DNA from: Planctomycetales bacterium
Lineage (GTDB): Bacteria; Planctomycetota; Phycisphaerae; SM23-33
Direction: 5' to 3'
Length of the DNA: 46,498 nucleotides
Assembly: GCA_030642005.1 (NCBI GenBank)
Contig: DAOWOP010000001.1
Location: forward strand, 1-46,498
Part shown: positions 9,965 through 18,281 of the stretch, one piece after another
Numbering within the stretch: the stretch's first letter is position 1
How the letters are laid out: every line of letters begins with the position of its first letter
The notes under the pieces: model-generated
Seen by the model: the letters and a program-made list of their open reading frames with translations, nothing else
The model's database searches: none
Told to the model about the DNA's origin: nothing
Program-made: the position numbers and the translations under genes

Positions 9965-11712
9965 GTGATCAAAACGCCATTGCACACGCGCGTACCGCAG
10001 TTGAGCGCATTCTAACGGCCCTCCATGTTGCGCGCGTTGTCTGTGTTGATGACACCTATGGCGGTGGTACATCGCTGGAAGACGTCATCGCTGCTGCCAC
10101 TGATCTGGATGCAGACCACTTAGTCAATGCAGTGCCCGAACTAGGCGAGAACGTCCCGGATGATCCGGACATTCGACGCGAAAAACTGCGCCAGATATGG
10201 GGACAGATGGATGAGGATACGCGTTCCAAACGAGCCGATGCAGTGCTCATAGCGACCAGACGCCAAGACGACGATGAAACGGATGACCTCGCCGATGCTT
10301 CGATCTTGGGCGAACTGATCCCCGAGGACAATCTGGTAACCATCTCCCCGTCGCAATGGGAGGAACAGAAAGAGAAACTACTGACGCCTGATGGCGATCA
10401 GCGCACCCTCTTTCTGTTCGACCGTGACTTCTCCGAAGACGGTGGCGACAGCGACGGGGGTATCAAGATCATTGCCTCTCTGCTTGCAAGGAACGACACT
10501 GAAAATCTTATCTGCGGTCTTTTGACTCACACGGTGACGCCGGAGAACCAGTCGGAACAGTGGGACGAATTGAGCAAGGCTTACAGTATTCCGAGGGATC
10601 GATTCGTAGTGATTCCCAAGTTACATCTGAGCAGAGATCCGGTTCTCTTCGCTCAGACGCTGAAGTTCGTAGCATTGTGCCCCGACTTCACGGAGCTAAA
10701 GCGTAAGACAAAAGAGATTATAGCAGATGCAGCCGCCACTGCAGCCAATCGCGTCGATGAGATGAGCATCTTTGACCTTGATCACATAGTCTTTCAGGTT
10801 TCCGCCCAAGAAGGACTCTGGGAGCCCGACATGCTGTTTCGACTCCACACGTTGTTCCATCGCCTTGAGTCCCGACGTCTGGCACATGAGGGTGGGGAAC
10901 TTGAAACAATTGCGGCCAAATTAAGGGCCGTCAGCGAGATTCCGACCAATTGCGCTGCGTTCACTCCGCCCTCGAATGCATGGGCAATCCAACGGGACGA
11001 GCTCTTCGAATCGGACGTTTACATCAACCAGAATCACTTGCCATTGGAAGCTGGAGACATCTTCGAGCGGGTGGGAGCGTCCAGTAGTAAACGGTACATT
11101 CTGCTGGCCCAGCCATGCGATCTGATGGTGCGAAGCAATGGAAAACGACATCCCGAACTCGACCGGGTTCCCATGGCCGAAGTTGTGTGTAATGAGCAGA
11201 CATCTCACTATTCAGAGGAACTGCCGTATTTCGGCTCGTCTCCCGCAGAGAGATGGCACGTCAAACTGAAACTTGTCCATCAAGTACGGGTGTGCATCCT
11301 TGATCTGTGCGTCCTGAACGACGATGGGGTTGCGAGGCTGGTTGTTGGTGGCAATGCCCCAGCGAATATGCGCCCTGCTTGGAACAAACGCCATGCCATT
11401 TTGTCTCGTCTCATGGGCCGCATAATACGCAAGGCGGATCTGTGCGCTCCAGTTGCGAATGAATCAACTGCTGTAAGCCAAGTAAAGACGGCTATTGCGA
11501 GTGGCATGACGAGCGTGCTATTCGACGAAGCGTTATTCAAGGGCACCCTTGCAAAGGTTGGCGGGGCTCGCACGGTAACCTATGACTGCCGGCGAATCGC
11601 TCGAGCATCTCGGGCGCGGGCCTTCGGTTTGTTGATGGCCTATACAGGCTGCTTGAGCCGTCCAGCCTATGATCGTGTCTTTACTCCGACACAGGTCACG
11701 GGAGACCAATGA
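9961..11712 (+). CDS. Hypothetical protein with an N-terminal receiver (REC)-like region and a ~350-aa C-terminal domain of unknown function
   Basis: ATGA overlap with the upstream kinase-like gene. REC-like strand pattern: VVCVDDTYGG, then RTLFLFDRDF (candidate acceptor Asp), GLLTHTV and IPKL. The C-terminal part has a conserved-looking GDIFE...ILLAQPCDLMVR element that I cannot assign to a family. Confidence 0.5.
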   Translation: MSDQNAIAHARTAVERILTALHVARVVCVDDTYGGGTSLEDVIAAATDLDADHLVNAVPELGENVPDDPDIRREKLRQIWGQMDEDTRSKRADAVLIATRRQDDDETDDLADASILGELIPEDNLVTISPSQWEEQKEKLLTPDGDQRTLFLFDRDFSEDGGDSDGGIKIIASLLARNDTENLICGLLTHTVTPENQSEQWDELSKAYSIPRDRFVVIPKLHLSRDPVLFAQTLKFVALCPDFTELKRKTKEIIADAAATAANRVDEMSIFDLDHIVFQVSAQEGLWEPDMLFRLHTLFHRLESRRLAHEGGELETIAAKLRAVSEIPTNCAAFTPPSNAWAIQRDELFESDVYINQNHLPLEAGDIFERVGASSSKRYILLAQPCDLMVRSNGKRHPELDRVPMAEVVCNEQTSHYSEELPYFGSSPAERWHVKLKLVHQVRVCILDLCVLNDDGVARLVVGGNAPANMRPAWNKRHAILSRLMGRIIRKADLCAPVANESTAVSQVKTAIASGMTSVLFDEALFKGTLAKVGGARTVTYDCRRIARASRARAFGLLMAYTGCLSRPAYDRVFTPTQVTGDQ

Positions 11713-11830
11713 TGACACAGGTAACACAACATGCATCAATACGAGACGAGTCGCAGATTCAGGATCATCTGGACGAGGTGGTTCGCCGGAGCGCCTCGGT
11801 TTTGTAGATACCGCGGCATCCGTAAAACCA

Positions 11831-12823
11831 TCACCCTCTTCGCTGCGAAGGCGGCCGGATGCGCGGCCCAATGTGAGCACCATGTAGTCCATCGGACGTT
11901 GGCGGGAAGACACTCAAGTGGAGAAGATGGTCCTCGACCTGCAGGATCTGACCAAGCACGTCCTCGGCATCGAAACGCAGATCGTCACCAAGCCCCACCG
12001 CGTTGAAGGCCTGGCATTGCTGTTCGGCAACGTGCTCCAACAATACGCTGGCTGCCTTGGCGGTGAACGTCTTGTTGGCCTTGTCCTTGGCTGCCTCGGC
12101 GTCGACGGCGTAGCTCGCCACCAGTCGCGCCCAGACTGCCTCGAGCGTTGAGGGCGAGTCAAAGGCGTCCGCCGCCACGAAACGCCCACACACGGCCGCC
12201 ACGACGCCACACGTGCCAGAGGGGTACGGTAATGCCTCGTGATAGCGCCCGAGCACTTCGGCCAGTGTGTCCATTGCATCGGACATCGCACGGGTTGGTG
12301 AAGGGGCGGCGCAGGCCTCGATGTGTTCGGCCACGTTGTCCCACACGGCTCCTTGATCGCTTTCGGCCCGGCCACAGGCGCGAAGGCTGAACTGAACGTC
12401 GCGGCTCTTGCGCTGGCGCAAGCTGCTCGGCGCGTAGTTGCCGGTTTTGAAGGTCGGACTGGTGTGGCTCCACCGGCCTTCCTCGACGCAGGATACCGGG
12501 ATGCGGGTCTTGGACTTTGGCGGCAATAGCACACTCGTGTTGAGGATTCGATTCTGCTTCGCGCCCTGGAGTTCCTCGCCGTCCAGCAGCAATATCGGCC
12601 GGTCAGCGTTATTGACCGCCAGGAGTTCCGGCACTGTACCGGACTCATCAACCTCGGTTACCGTCAGCATACCAGCGTCGATGGCTTCGGACGCCAGCAG
12701 GTAGTCCTGGAATCGTTGCTGATGCCCCTCCCCCCGCAGGGGCACCAGCGTCAGGTTCTGGTGGCCTATCGCGGCCCCGGGTACCAGGGTTGGGAGAACG
12801 TCTTTCATTCGGATCGTGGTCAT
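11831..12823 (-). CDS. Conserved hypothetical protein, divergent from the WYL regulator gene
   Basis: The ORF track starts at TTG 12844. ATG at 12823 is preceded by AAGGAAAGGG and is the more likely start. The N-terminal half (NLTLVPL...LTVTEVDESGTVPELLAVNNADRPILLLDGEELQGAKQNRILNTSVLL) recalls a widespread bacterial DUF family (possibly ARPP-1/DUF6569-like). That is from memory only and unverified. Confidence 0.55.
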   Translation of the reverse strand: MTTIRMKDVLPTLVPGAAIGHQNLTLVPLRGEGHQQRFQDYLLASEAIDAGMLTVTEVDESGTVPELLAVNNADRPILLLDGEELQGAKQNRILNTSVLLPPKSKTRIPVSCVEEGRWSHTSPTFKTGNYAPSSLRQRKSRDVQFSLRACGRAESDQGAVWDNVAEHIEACAAPSPTRAMSDAMDTLAEVLGRYHEALPYPSGTCGVVAAVCGRFVAADAFDSPSTLEAVWARLVASYAVDAEAAKDKANKTFTAKAASVLLEHVAEQQCQAFNAVGLGDDLRFDAEDVLGQILQVEDHLLHLSVFPPTSDGLHGAHIGPRIRPPSQRRG

Positions 12824-12872
12824 GGCTATCCCTTTCCTTATCAAGTTGCCGATACAAGGGTAACCGGGGCCT

Positions 12873-12893
12873 GTGACAGGTCCGGTCGCACCT
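12873..12893 (-). promoter_or_regulatory. Operator-like box, copy A (17/21 match, oriented toward the minus-strand gene 11831-12823)
   Basis: The reverse complement reads AGGTGCGACCGGACCTGTCAC against the consensus ACCTGCGACCGAACCTGTCAT. It lies 50 nt upstream of the ATG at 12823. Confidence 0.55.
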
Positions 12894-12920
12894 GGCCAAG
12901 ATTTCTCAAAAAAATTCGTG

Positions 12921-12941
12921 ACCTGCGACCGAACCTGTCAT
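12921..12941 (+). promoter_or_regulatory. Operator-like box, copy B (exact 21-mer ACCTGCGACCGAACCTGTCAT) upstream of the WYL regulator gene
   Basis: Identical to 13970-13990. It is preceded by an A/T tract and ends 41 nt before the ATG at 12982. It contains an internal direct repeat ACCTG-N7-ACCTG. Confidence 0.65.
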
Positions 12942-12981
12942 GGGTATGGATTACCCTCCACAGTGACGAAAGGATGCAAGT

Positions 12982-13959
12982 ATGGCTCGAGGCGATGGCC
13001 TGTTTCGACAATGGGAATTGATCAAGGTGCTGCAAGCCCACCGGTTCGGCGTAAGCACCGACGAGATCGCCGCGCGCCTCGAGTGCAATAAGCGGACCGT
13101 CCAGCGTGACCTGGGCGTCCTCCAGGACATCTTCCCGATTAGTTACGAGCAGCGGGACCGTGGCAAGCGGTTCTGGAAGATGGCCTACAACACAATCGAA
13201 TCGGAAGAGCTTCAACTGACGATGACCGAAATGTTGAGCCTGTTCCTCTCGCAGCAACTGCTCCTGCCGCTTTCGGGAACCCAGTTCGGCGACGGCCTCC
13301 AGACGGCCTTGCAGAAGATTCGAGCGCTGCTGCCGGCGCGGGCGCTGACGTACTTCGATGGCCTCGACGAGTCATTCTTCATCAAGAACCTGGCCAACCA
13401 CGACTACTCCGGCCAGGACAAGGAAATCCGCATCATCAACGAGGCCATCCTGAACCAGAAGACTGTGAAGGTAATCTATCGCTCGGCCAGCAAGGGTCGT
13501 GAGGTCATCAGTGAGTTCCACCCGTACGGCATGGTCCTGCTGCACGCGTCGCTGTACTGCATCGGCTACCTCGCATGCTACGACGAAGTCCGCACGCTCA
13601 AGGTGGCCCGGATCAAGGGCCTGACGCGGCTGGACAAGACGTTCAACAAGCCACTTGATTTCTCGCTGGCTGGCCACTTCCAGGGCGCGTTCGGTGTCTT
13701 CCAGGCTAAGAAGAAGCAGAAGATTCGAGTTGAATTCACCGGATGGGCGGCCACGAACGTTCGGGAAATGCAGTGGCATCCGACCCAGAAGATAGTCAAG
13801 GATGCTGGCGACAAGGTCGTCGCCACGTTCGATCTGGGCAACACCGTCGAGTTCAAGCGGTGGGTGCTGGGGTTCGGACTGCACGCCCGCATCATCAGTC
13901 CCAAGGCACTGGCCGAGGACCTCCGGGACGAAATCCAGAGCATGGCCAAGAATTATTAA
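12982..13959 (+). CDS. WYL-domain transcriptional regulator (HTH-WYL-WCX architecture, BrxR/CapW-like)
   Basis: N-terminal wHTH (WELIKVLQAHRFGVSTDEIAARLECNKRTVQRDLGVL), central WYL-type segment (VKVIYRSASKGREVISEFHPYGMVLLHASLYCIGY) and a C-terminal extension. RBS AAAGGA lies 7 nt upstream of the ATG. Confidence 0.85.
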   Translation: MARGDGLFRQWELIKVLQAHRFGVSTDEIAARLECNKRTVQRDLGVLQDIFPISYEQRDRGKRFWKMAYNTIESEELQLTMTEMLSLFLSQQLLLPLSGTQFGDGLQTALQKIRALLPARALTYFDGLDESFFIKNLANHDYSGQDKEIRIINEAILNQKTVKVIYRSASKGREVISEFHPYGMVLLHASLYCIGYLACYDEVRTLKVARIKGLTRLDKTFNKPLDFSLAGHFQGAFGVFQAKKKQKIRVEFTGWAATNVREMQWHPTQKIVKDAGDKVVATFDLGNTVEFKRWVLGFGLHARIISPKALAEDLRDEIQSMAKNY

Positions 13960-13969
13960 TATTTTTTCC

Positions 13970-13990
13970 ACCTGCGACCGAACCTGTCAT
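13970..13990 (+). promoter_or_regulatory. Operator-like box, copy C (exact 21-mer) upstream of the ABC-ATPase/kinase/regulator/GHKL-nuclease operon
   Basis: Exact repeat of 12921-12941, also preceded by an A/T tract (aattattaatatttttt). It ends 58 nt before the ATG at 14048. Confidence 0.65.
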
Positions 13991-14047
13991 ACCTCCCCTT
14001 TATGCTGAACCCATCCATTATGGGTTACATGCGTAAAGGGCAATGAA

Positions 14048-15934
14048 ATGAACGAAAAAAAGCGTTGTCACCGGCTCAAGTCGCTGTCGGTGGTCGGTGG
14101 GTTTCTGGATGGGTTGAATATCGAGTTTGCCGACGGGCTGAATTGTCTTATCGGCCATCGTGGTACGGGCAAGACGACCGTGCTGGAGTTTATCCGTTAT
14201 GCCCTCGACGAGTTTCCGCAAGACGATGGAGGGCTGGCCCGCAAGCGGGTCGAAGCACTGGTCAAAAGCAACCTCAGCGACGGCCGCATCCGGCTGGCAC
14301 TGGAGACCAAGGATGGGTTGGAGTACATCGTCGACCGGACCGCCAGTGGCGAGCCGATGGTCCTGACCACTGATGAGCAACCGACGGACGTTCGCATCAA
14401 CACGGCGGGCATTTTCAGCGCCGATATCTTCAGTCAGAACGAGGTCGAGAACATCGCCGACAGTCCACAGTCGCAGCTGGAGCTGATTGACAAGTTCGCA
14501 GCCGGTCAGATCGCAGAGGTCAACCGCAAGGTGACGGCGGTGCGGGCCAAGATGGAGGCGAACACCAACGCCATTGTTACCCATGACCAGCAGTTGAAAG
14601 GTCTGGTCGACGAGGTCTCCGCGCTGCAGTTCATCGAGTCGAAGATCAAGTCCCTTACCGATGATAAGAGCGACCAGACGGATGATGAGGTTAACGTCGC
14701 GCAGCAGCATCGTGCGCTGCGGGGACGTGAGAGCCAGGCGGTCAAGGAGGCAGAGGAACTGATCCAGCAATACAGCCAGTGGCTCCACGATTCGCGCGGT
14801 CAGTTTATCCAGCGAATCGAAACGGCCTTCGACCCGTCAATGTTGGACGGGCCGAATGGCAAGGTGATGAGCCGCATTCAGGAGAATCTCAGGCGGCTTG
14901 GGAGCAAACTGGATCGCCTGTTCGACCAGGCCGCCGGCGTGGTTGATTCCGGTGGGAATGAACTGGCGGAACTGGTCGGCAAGCTCCAGCACGCCCACCA
15001 GCAGCAGGAGCTGGCGTTCCGCGACCTGATCGCCAAGGACAACCATGCACGCGGGGTGGCCACGGAGCGGGCGGAATTGGAAAAGAAACGTAATGATTTG
15101 CTAGCCAAGGATCGGCGTAAGGCTGAGCTTCAAAAGCAGATCGACCAGCTCTATCGGGAACGGTCTGATCTGGCCGGGCAGCTCCGTGAATTGTGGTCCG
15201 AGCGATTCGAGCTGCGGCAGCAGGTCGCCAACTGGATTAACGAGGGCGCGACGTCGCCTATTCGCGTCCGGATCGACCAGTGCGGCAACCGTTCGGTCTA
15301 CCAGCAGGCGTTGGCCGGCTGGATGAAGGGATATGTGCGCCAGTACAACCCGGCGGCCAGGAAGATAGCGGACTACGTGCCACCGAGCGACCTGCTGCGG
15401 ATGGTCACCGAGGGACGCACCGATGATCTTCAGGCCCAAGCGGAACTCGGAGACACGCAGATGGCCAAGGTGATGGAGGCCCTGAACCGTCTTGATGTCC
15501 AACTGCAGCTCGACTCGGTTGAACTGGCCGATCTGCCACGGCTTGAACTGCTGGACGGTGAGGAGTGGAAGAACTCTCTGCATCTTTCGACCGGCCAGAA
15601 GTGCACGACGATTCTGCCGATCCTGCTGCTGGAGAGCGACAACCCATTGCTCGTCGATCAGCCTGAGGACAATCTCGACAACCGCTATATCTACGACACG
15701 GTGGTCAATGCCATCCATCGGGTGAAGCAGAACCGCCAGATTATCCTGATCACGCACAACCCGAACATTCCCGTTCTCGGCGAGGCGTCGGCGGTGTACG
15801 TGCTGACCAGCGACGGCGAGCGAGCCCGTATGGCGAACCAGGGCTCCGTGGACGACTGCAAAACCGAGATCATCAATCTCCTGGAAGGCGGCAAGGAAGC
15901 CTTTGTCCGCAGGAAGGACAGGTACAAATACTGA
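14048..15934 (+). CDS. SMC/Rad50-like ABC ATPase with a long central coiled-coil insert
   Basis: Walker A IGHRGTGKTT at the N-terminus. About 330 aa of heptad-like, charged sequence in the middle. Signature-like LSTGQK and Walker B/D-loop LLVDQPEDNLD near the C-terminus. Confidence 0.75.
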   Translation: MNEKKRCHRLKSLSVVGGFLDGLNIEFADGLNCLIGHRGTGKTTVLEFIRYALDEFPQDDGGLARKRVEALVKSNLSDGRIRLALETKDGLEYIVDRTASGEPMVLTTDEQPTDVRINTAGIFSADIFSQNEVENIADSPQSQLELIDKFAAGQIAEVNRKVTAVRAKMEANTNAIVTHDQQLKGLVDEVSALQFIESKIKSLTDDKSDQTDDEVNVAQQHRALRGRESQAVKEAEELIQQYSQWLHDSRGQFIQRIETAFDPSMLDGPNGKVMSRIQENLRRLGSKLDRLFDQAAGVVDSGGNELAELVGKLQHAHQQQELAFRDLIAKDNHARGVATERAELEKKRNDLLAKDRRKAELQKQIDQLYRERSDLAGQLRELWSERFELRQQVANWINEGATSPIRVRIDQCGNRSVYQQALAGWMKGYVRQYNPAARKIADYVPPSDLLRMVTEGRTDDLQAQAELGDTQMAKVMEALNRLDVQLQLDSVELADLPRLELLDGEEWKNSLHLSTGQKCTTILPILLLESDNPLLVDQPEDNLDNRYIYDTVVNAIHRVKQNRQIILITHNPNIPVLGEASAVYVLTSDGERARMANQGSVDDCKTEIINLLEGGKEAFVRRKDRYKY

Positions 15935-17082
15935 TGATTGAACGGACTCAATCCAACCTGGAAGAGGCCTGCAGCCTGCTGCACCGGAACCCGCAACATA
16001 TGTCGGGCGACGAACGCCGACGTTTGGTCACGAGCATTACGGACGCCATCCTGTGCGATGATGCCGCCGGCGATACGGTGGTTACCGATCTGGTCGACCT
16101 GCTGGCCCGCGACCCTGACTGGGCCGTTCGGCTCGATGTGGCGCGGATGGTGCATCTGCTTGATGACGAGTCGTGCAGCCGCTTGGTGGCGATTTTCCGG
16201 GGCGATTGCAACAGTTACGTCCGCAGCCATGCCGAGCGGAGCCTCGCCCGGCAGCGTAAGGTCCGTCAGACTTCGAGCCGCAAACGCATCGAATGCCGAA
16301 CTTACTCAGAGCAACTGGACCAGTTGACTCGTCAGTACGGCAAACGAGTCGCGGCCAAGGTCCAGGCCCTTGCCGACCAGCGGTACGCCATGCTCGCCGC
16401 CGCCGTGGCCCATGACGTGCGAAGCATTCTTACGACGCTCTCGGCCAACGCGGCCGCCCTTGCTGATGAGCTTGGTACGGCGAACCGAGCAGCCTCCATC
16501 CTCGAGGACATCGGATTCCTCAAGCGGACCATCGAGGCGATGGAACAGTTTACCAAGCCGCTGCCGGTCCAGCGTCATCCCGAAGACCTTCAACAGATGA
16601 TCCAGCAGGCCATCGAAAAGGCTCGGGAAGGCGTGATCCAACAGCGTCACGATCCCTCAGCCGTGGAGGTCGTGGTAGCAGCCGCGCCGGCCATTCGACT
16701 GCGAGTGTCTCGCCGCTTGATTGTGTTTGCGCTAACGAACGTGATCCAGAACGCCATCGAGTGTTTCGCCGACCGCGAGGTAGACTCGCTGCGGGCTGGG
16801 CGTATCGAGGTGCAGGTGGTCGTGGACGGCTACGAAACGCGGATTATCGTCATTGATGATGGCCCTGGAATCGAGCTGGAGGTACTCAAGGAACTGACCT
16901 CTTTCGCACCCACCGGGCCGAACAAGTCCAAGCGTAACAGCTCGGGCTGGGGCCTTAGCCTGGTGCATAAGTACGTCACTGCTCACGGCGGGTCGGTGGC
17001 CATCGACAGCGAGATGAACCAGGGCACAACCGTAGTGGTCACACTGCCCATGCGAGATTCAGCCGGGGGAGATGACGAATGA
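15934..17082 (+). CDS. Soluble histidine kinase with an N-terminal HEAT-repeat-like region
   Basis: HEAT-like LARDPDWAVRLDVARMV, H-box AAAVAHDVRSIL, N-box NVIQNAIEC, G boxes VIDDGPGIE and GWGLSLV. No TM segments. 1-nt overlap (TGATG) with the upstream gene and ATGA overlap with the downstream gene. Confidence 0.85.
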   Translation: MIERTQSNLEEACSLLHRNPQHMSGDERRRLVTSITDAILCDDAAGDTVVTDLVDLLARDPDWAVRLDVARMVHLLDDESCSRLVAIFRGDCNSYVRSHAERSLARQRKVRQTSSRKRIECRTYSEQLDQLTRQYGKRVAAKVQALADQRYAMLAAAVAHDVRSILTTLSANAAALADELGTANRAASILEDIGFLKRTIEAMEQFTKPLPVQRHPEDLQQMIQQAIEKAREGVIQQRHDPSAVEVVVAAAPAIRLRVSRRLIVFALTNVIQNAIECFADREVDSLRAGRIEVQVVVDGYETRIIVIDDGPGIELEVLKELTSFAPTGPNKSKRNSSGWGLSLVHKYVTAHGGSVAIDSEMNQGTTVVVTLPMRDSAGGDDE

Positions 17083-18140
17083 AGGTGCTCGTGGTTGAAG
17101 ACGACCGTAAGATCAAGATCGAGACCATCGATGATTGCCTGGAATCCCCGGGCCACGTCAGTGACTGGGCACAGAACCAGCAAGAAGCCAACGGCCTGCT
17201 GGTCGCCAACAACTACGATCTGATTCTGCTTGACCTGCAGATTCCATCGAGACCGGGTGGCAAAGACTCGCCCGAATTCGGCAAGAACTTGCTGAAACAG
17301 ATCCGCGCACGCAAGGGACGGGATGTGCCGGTGATCCTGATGACGGCCCAGTACCAGCACTGCGTAGACCTGATGATCGAGCTTCAGGATATCGGTATCG
17401 ACGGCAGTATCGCCAAGCCGTTTCCGACGTCGGGGCGAACACTGGCCGTGGTGATCGAGGAGGTGATGGAAAAACATCGGCGTTTCCGGCGGGCGGCCAA
17501 AGCGAAGGACCAGACCGAGTCGCTCACGACGTTCGCCGGCGGCGTGCTGGCCTATCACCCGCGCCGCATCGAGCTGTGCGGTGAGACCATCGCCGAGAAG
17601 AGTCGAAGGGGCTATGCCTGGCAGATTCTCCATGTGCTCCGCGAGACGAACGACAAAGGCAAGTATATCCATCTGGGCAGCCAACGTCTGGCACCCAAGC
17701 TCGACCCGAAGCCCATGCAGAACACGCTGATCCGGTCGATCTGCTCACTGCGGTCCCGCATCCGAAAACTCATGCGGAATCACCTTGGGCAGGATTGTGG
17801 CCAAGAGGACATCATCGGCAATGACGATCATGGCTACTACCTGCTGGACTGGCTCATCACCGAGGTGTACGACGAGGCCGGGACGCTGGTCGGTGGGGGA
17901 AACGGTGTGGCCAAGTCGGCCCATGCGAAACAAGGCGGCGAGCCCGCCCAGCAGTTCAGCGAAAAGCAGCGATGGGTGCTGGCCCAGTTGGCGTCGGAAG
18001 TGAATCTAACCCGTCGTGACGTTGAGACGGAGTTCCACATCAGCGAACGCACGGCCAAAAGGGTGCTCGGCGAGTTGTCGGGGGCAGGCATGATCGAGTT
18101 CGACCGGTCGGAAAGCCCCGGCTTCTACCGGCTGAAGTAA
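17079..18140 (+). CDS. Response regulator: REC domain, OmpR/PhoB-type winged helix, and an additional C-terminal HTH
   Basis: MKVLVVEDD, DLILLDLQIP (acceptor Asp), PVILMTAQ, AKPF. The middle region follows the Trans_reg_C pattern (RRIELCGETI...YAWQILHVL...IRSICSLRSRIRKL...HGYYLL). The C-terminal segment ISERTAKRVLGELSGAGMIEF is HTH-like. Confidence 0.85.
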   Translation: MKVLVVEDDRKIKIETIDDCLESPGHVSDWAQNQQEANGLLVANNYDLILLDLQIPSRPGGKDSPEFGKNLLKQIRARKGRDVPVILMTAQYQHCVDLMIELQDIGIDGSIAKPFPTSGRTLAVVIEEVMEKHRRFRRAAKAKDQTESLTTFAGGVLAYHPRRIELCGETIAEKSRRGYAWQILHVLRETNDKGKYIHLGSQRLAPKLDPKPMQNTLIRSICSLRSRIRKLMRNHLGQDCGQEDIIGNDDHGYYLLDWLITEVYDEAGTLVGGGNGVAKSAHAKQGGEPAQQFSEKQRWVLAQLASEVNLTRRDVETEFHISERTAKRVLGELSGAGMIEFDRSESPGFYRLK

Positions 18141-18281
18141 CGTGAGCGTTCTTGCGGATCAGAATCTGTATCGGCGTATGGTGACATGAGTTGGAATCAT
18201 GCTGACACCTCAGTCCCGGCGCGTTAGCATGGGTGGCGCAAGTCGAGACTGTTTCGTGCATGGAAAGCGGGCAGAGTTGGC

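Noticed and set aside
13372-14788. Minus-strand ORFs of 199 aa and 256 aa
   Set aside because: They are antisense shadows of the WYL regulator and ABC ATPase genes, which have clear domain signatures. No RBS or motif supports them.
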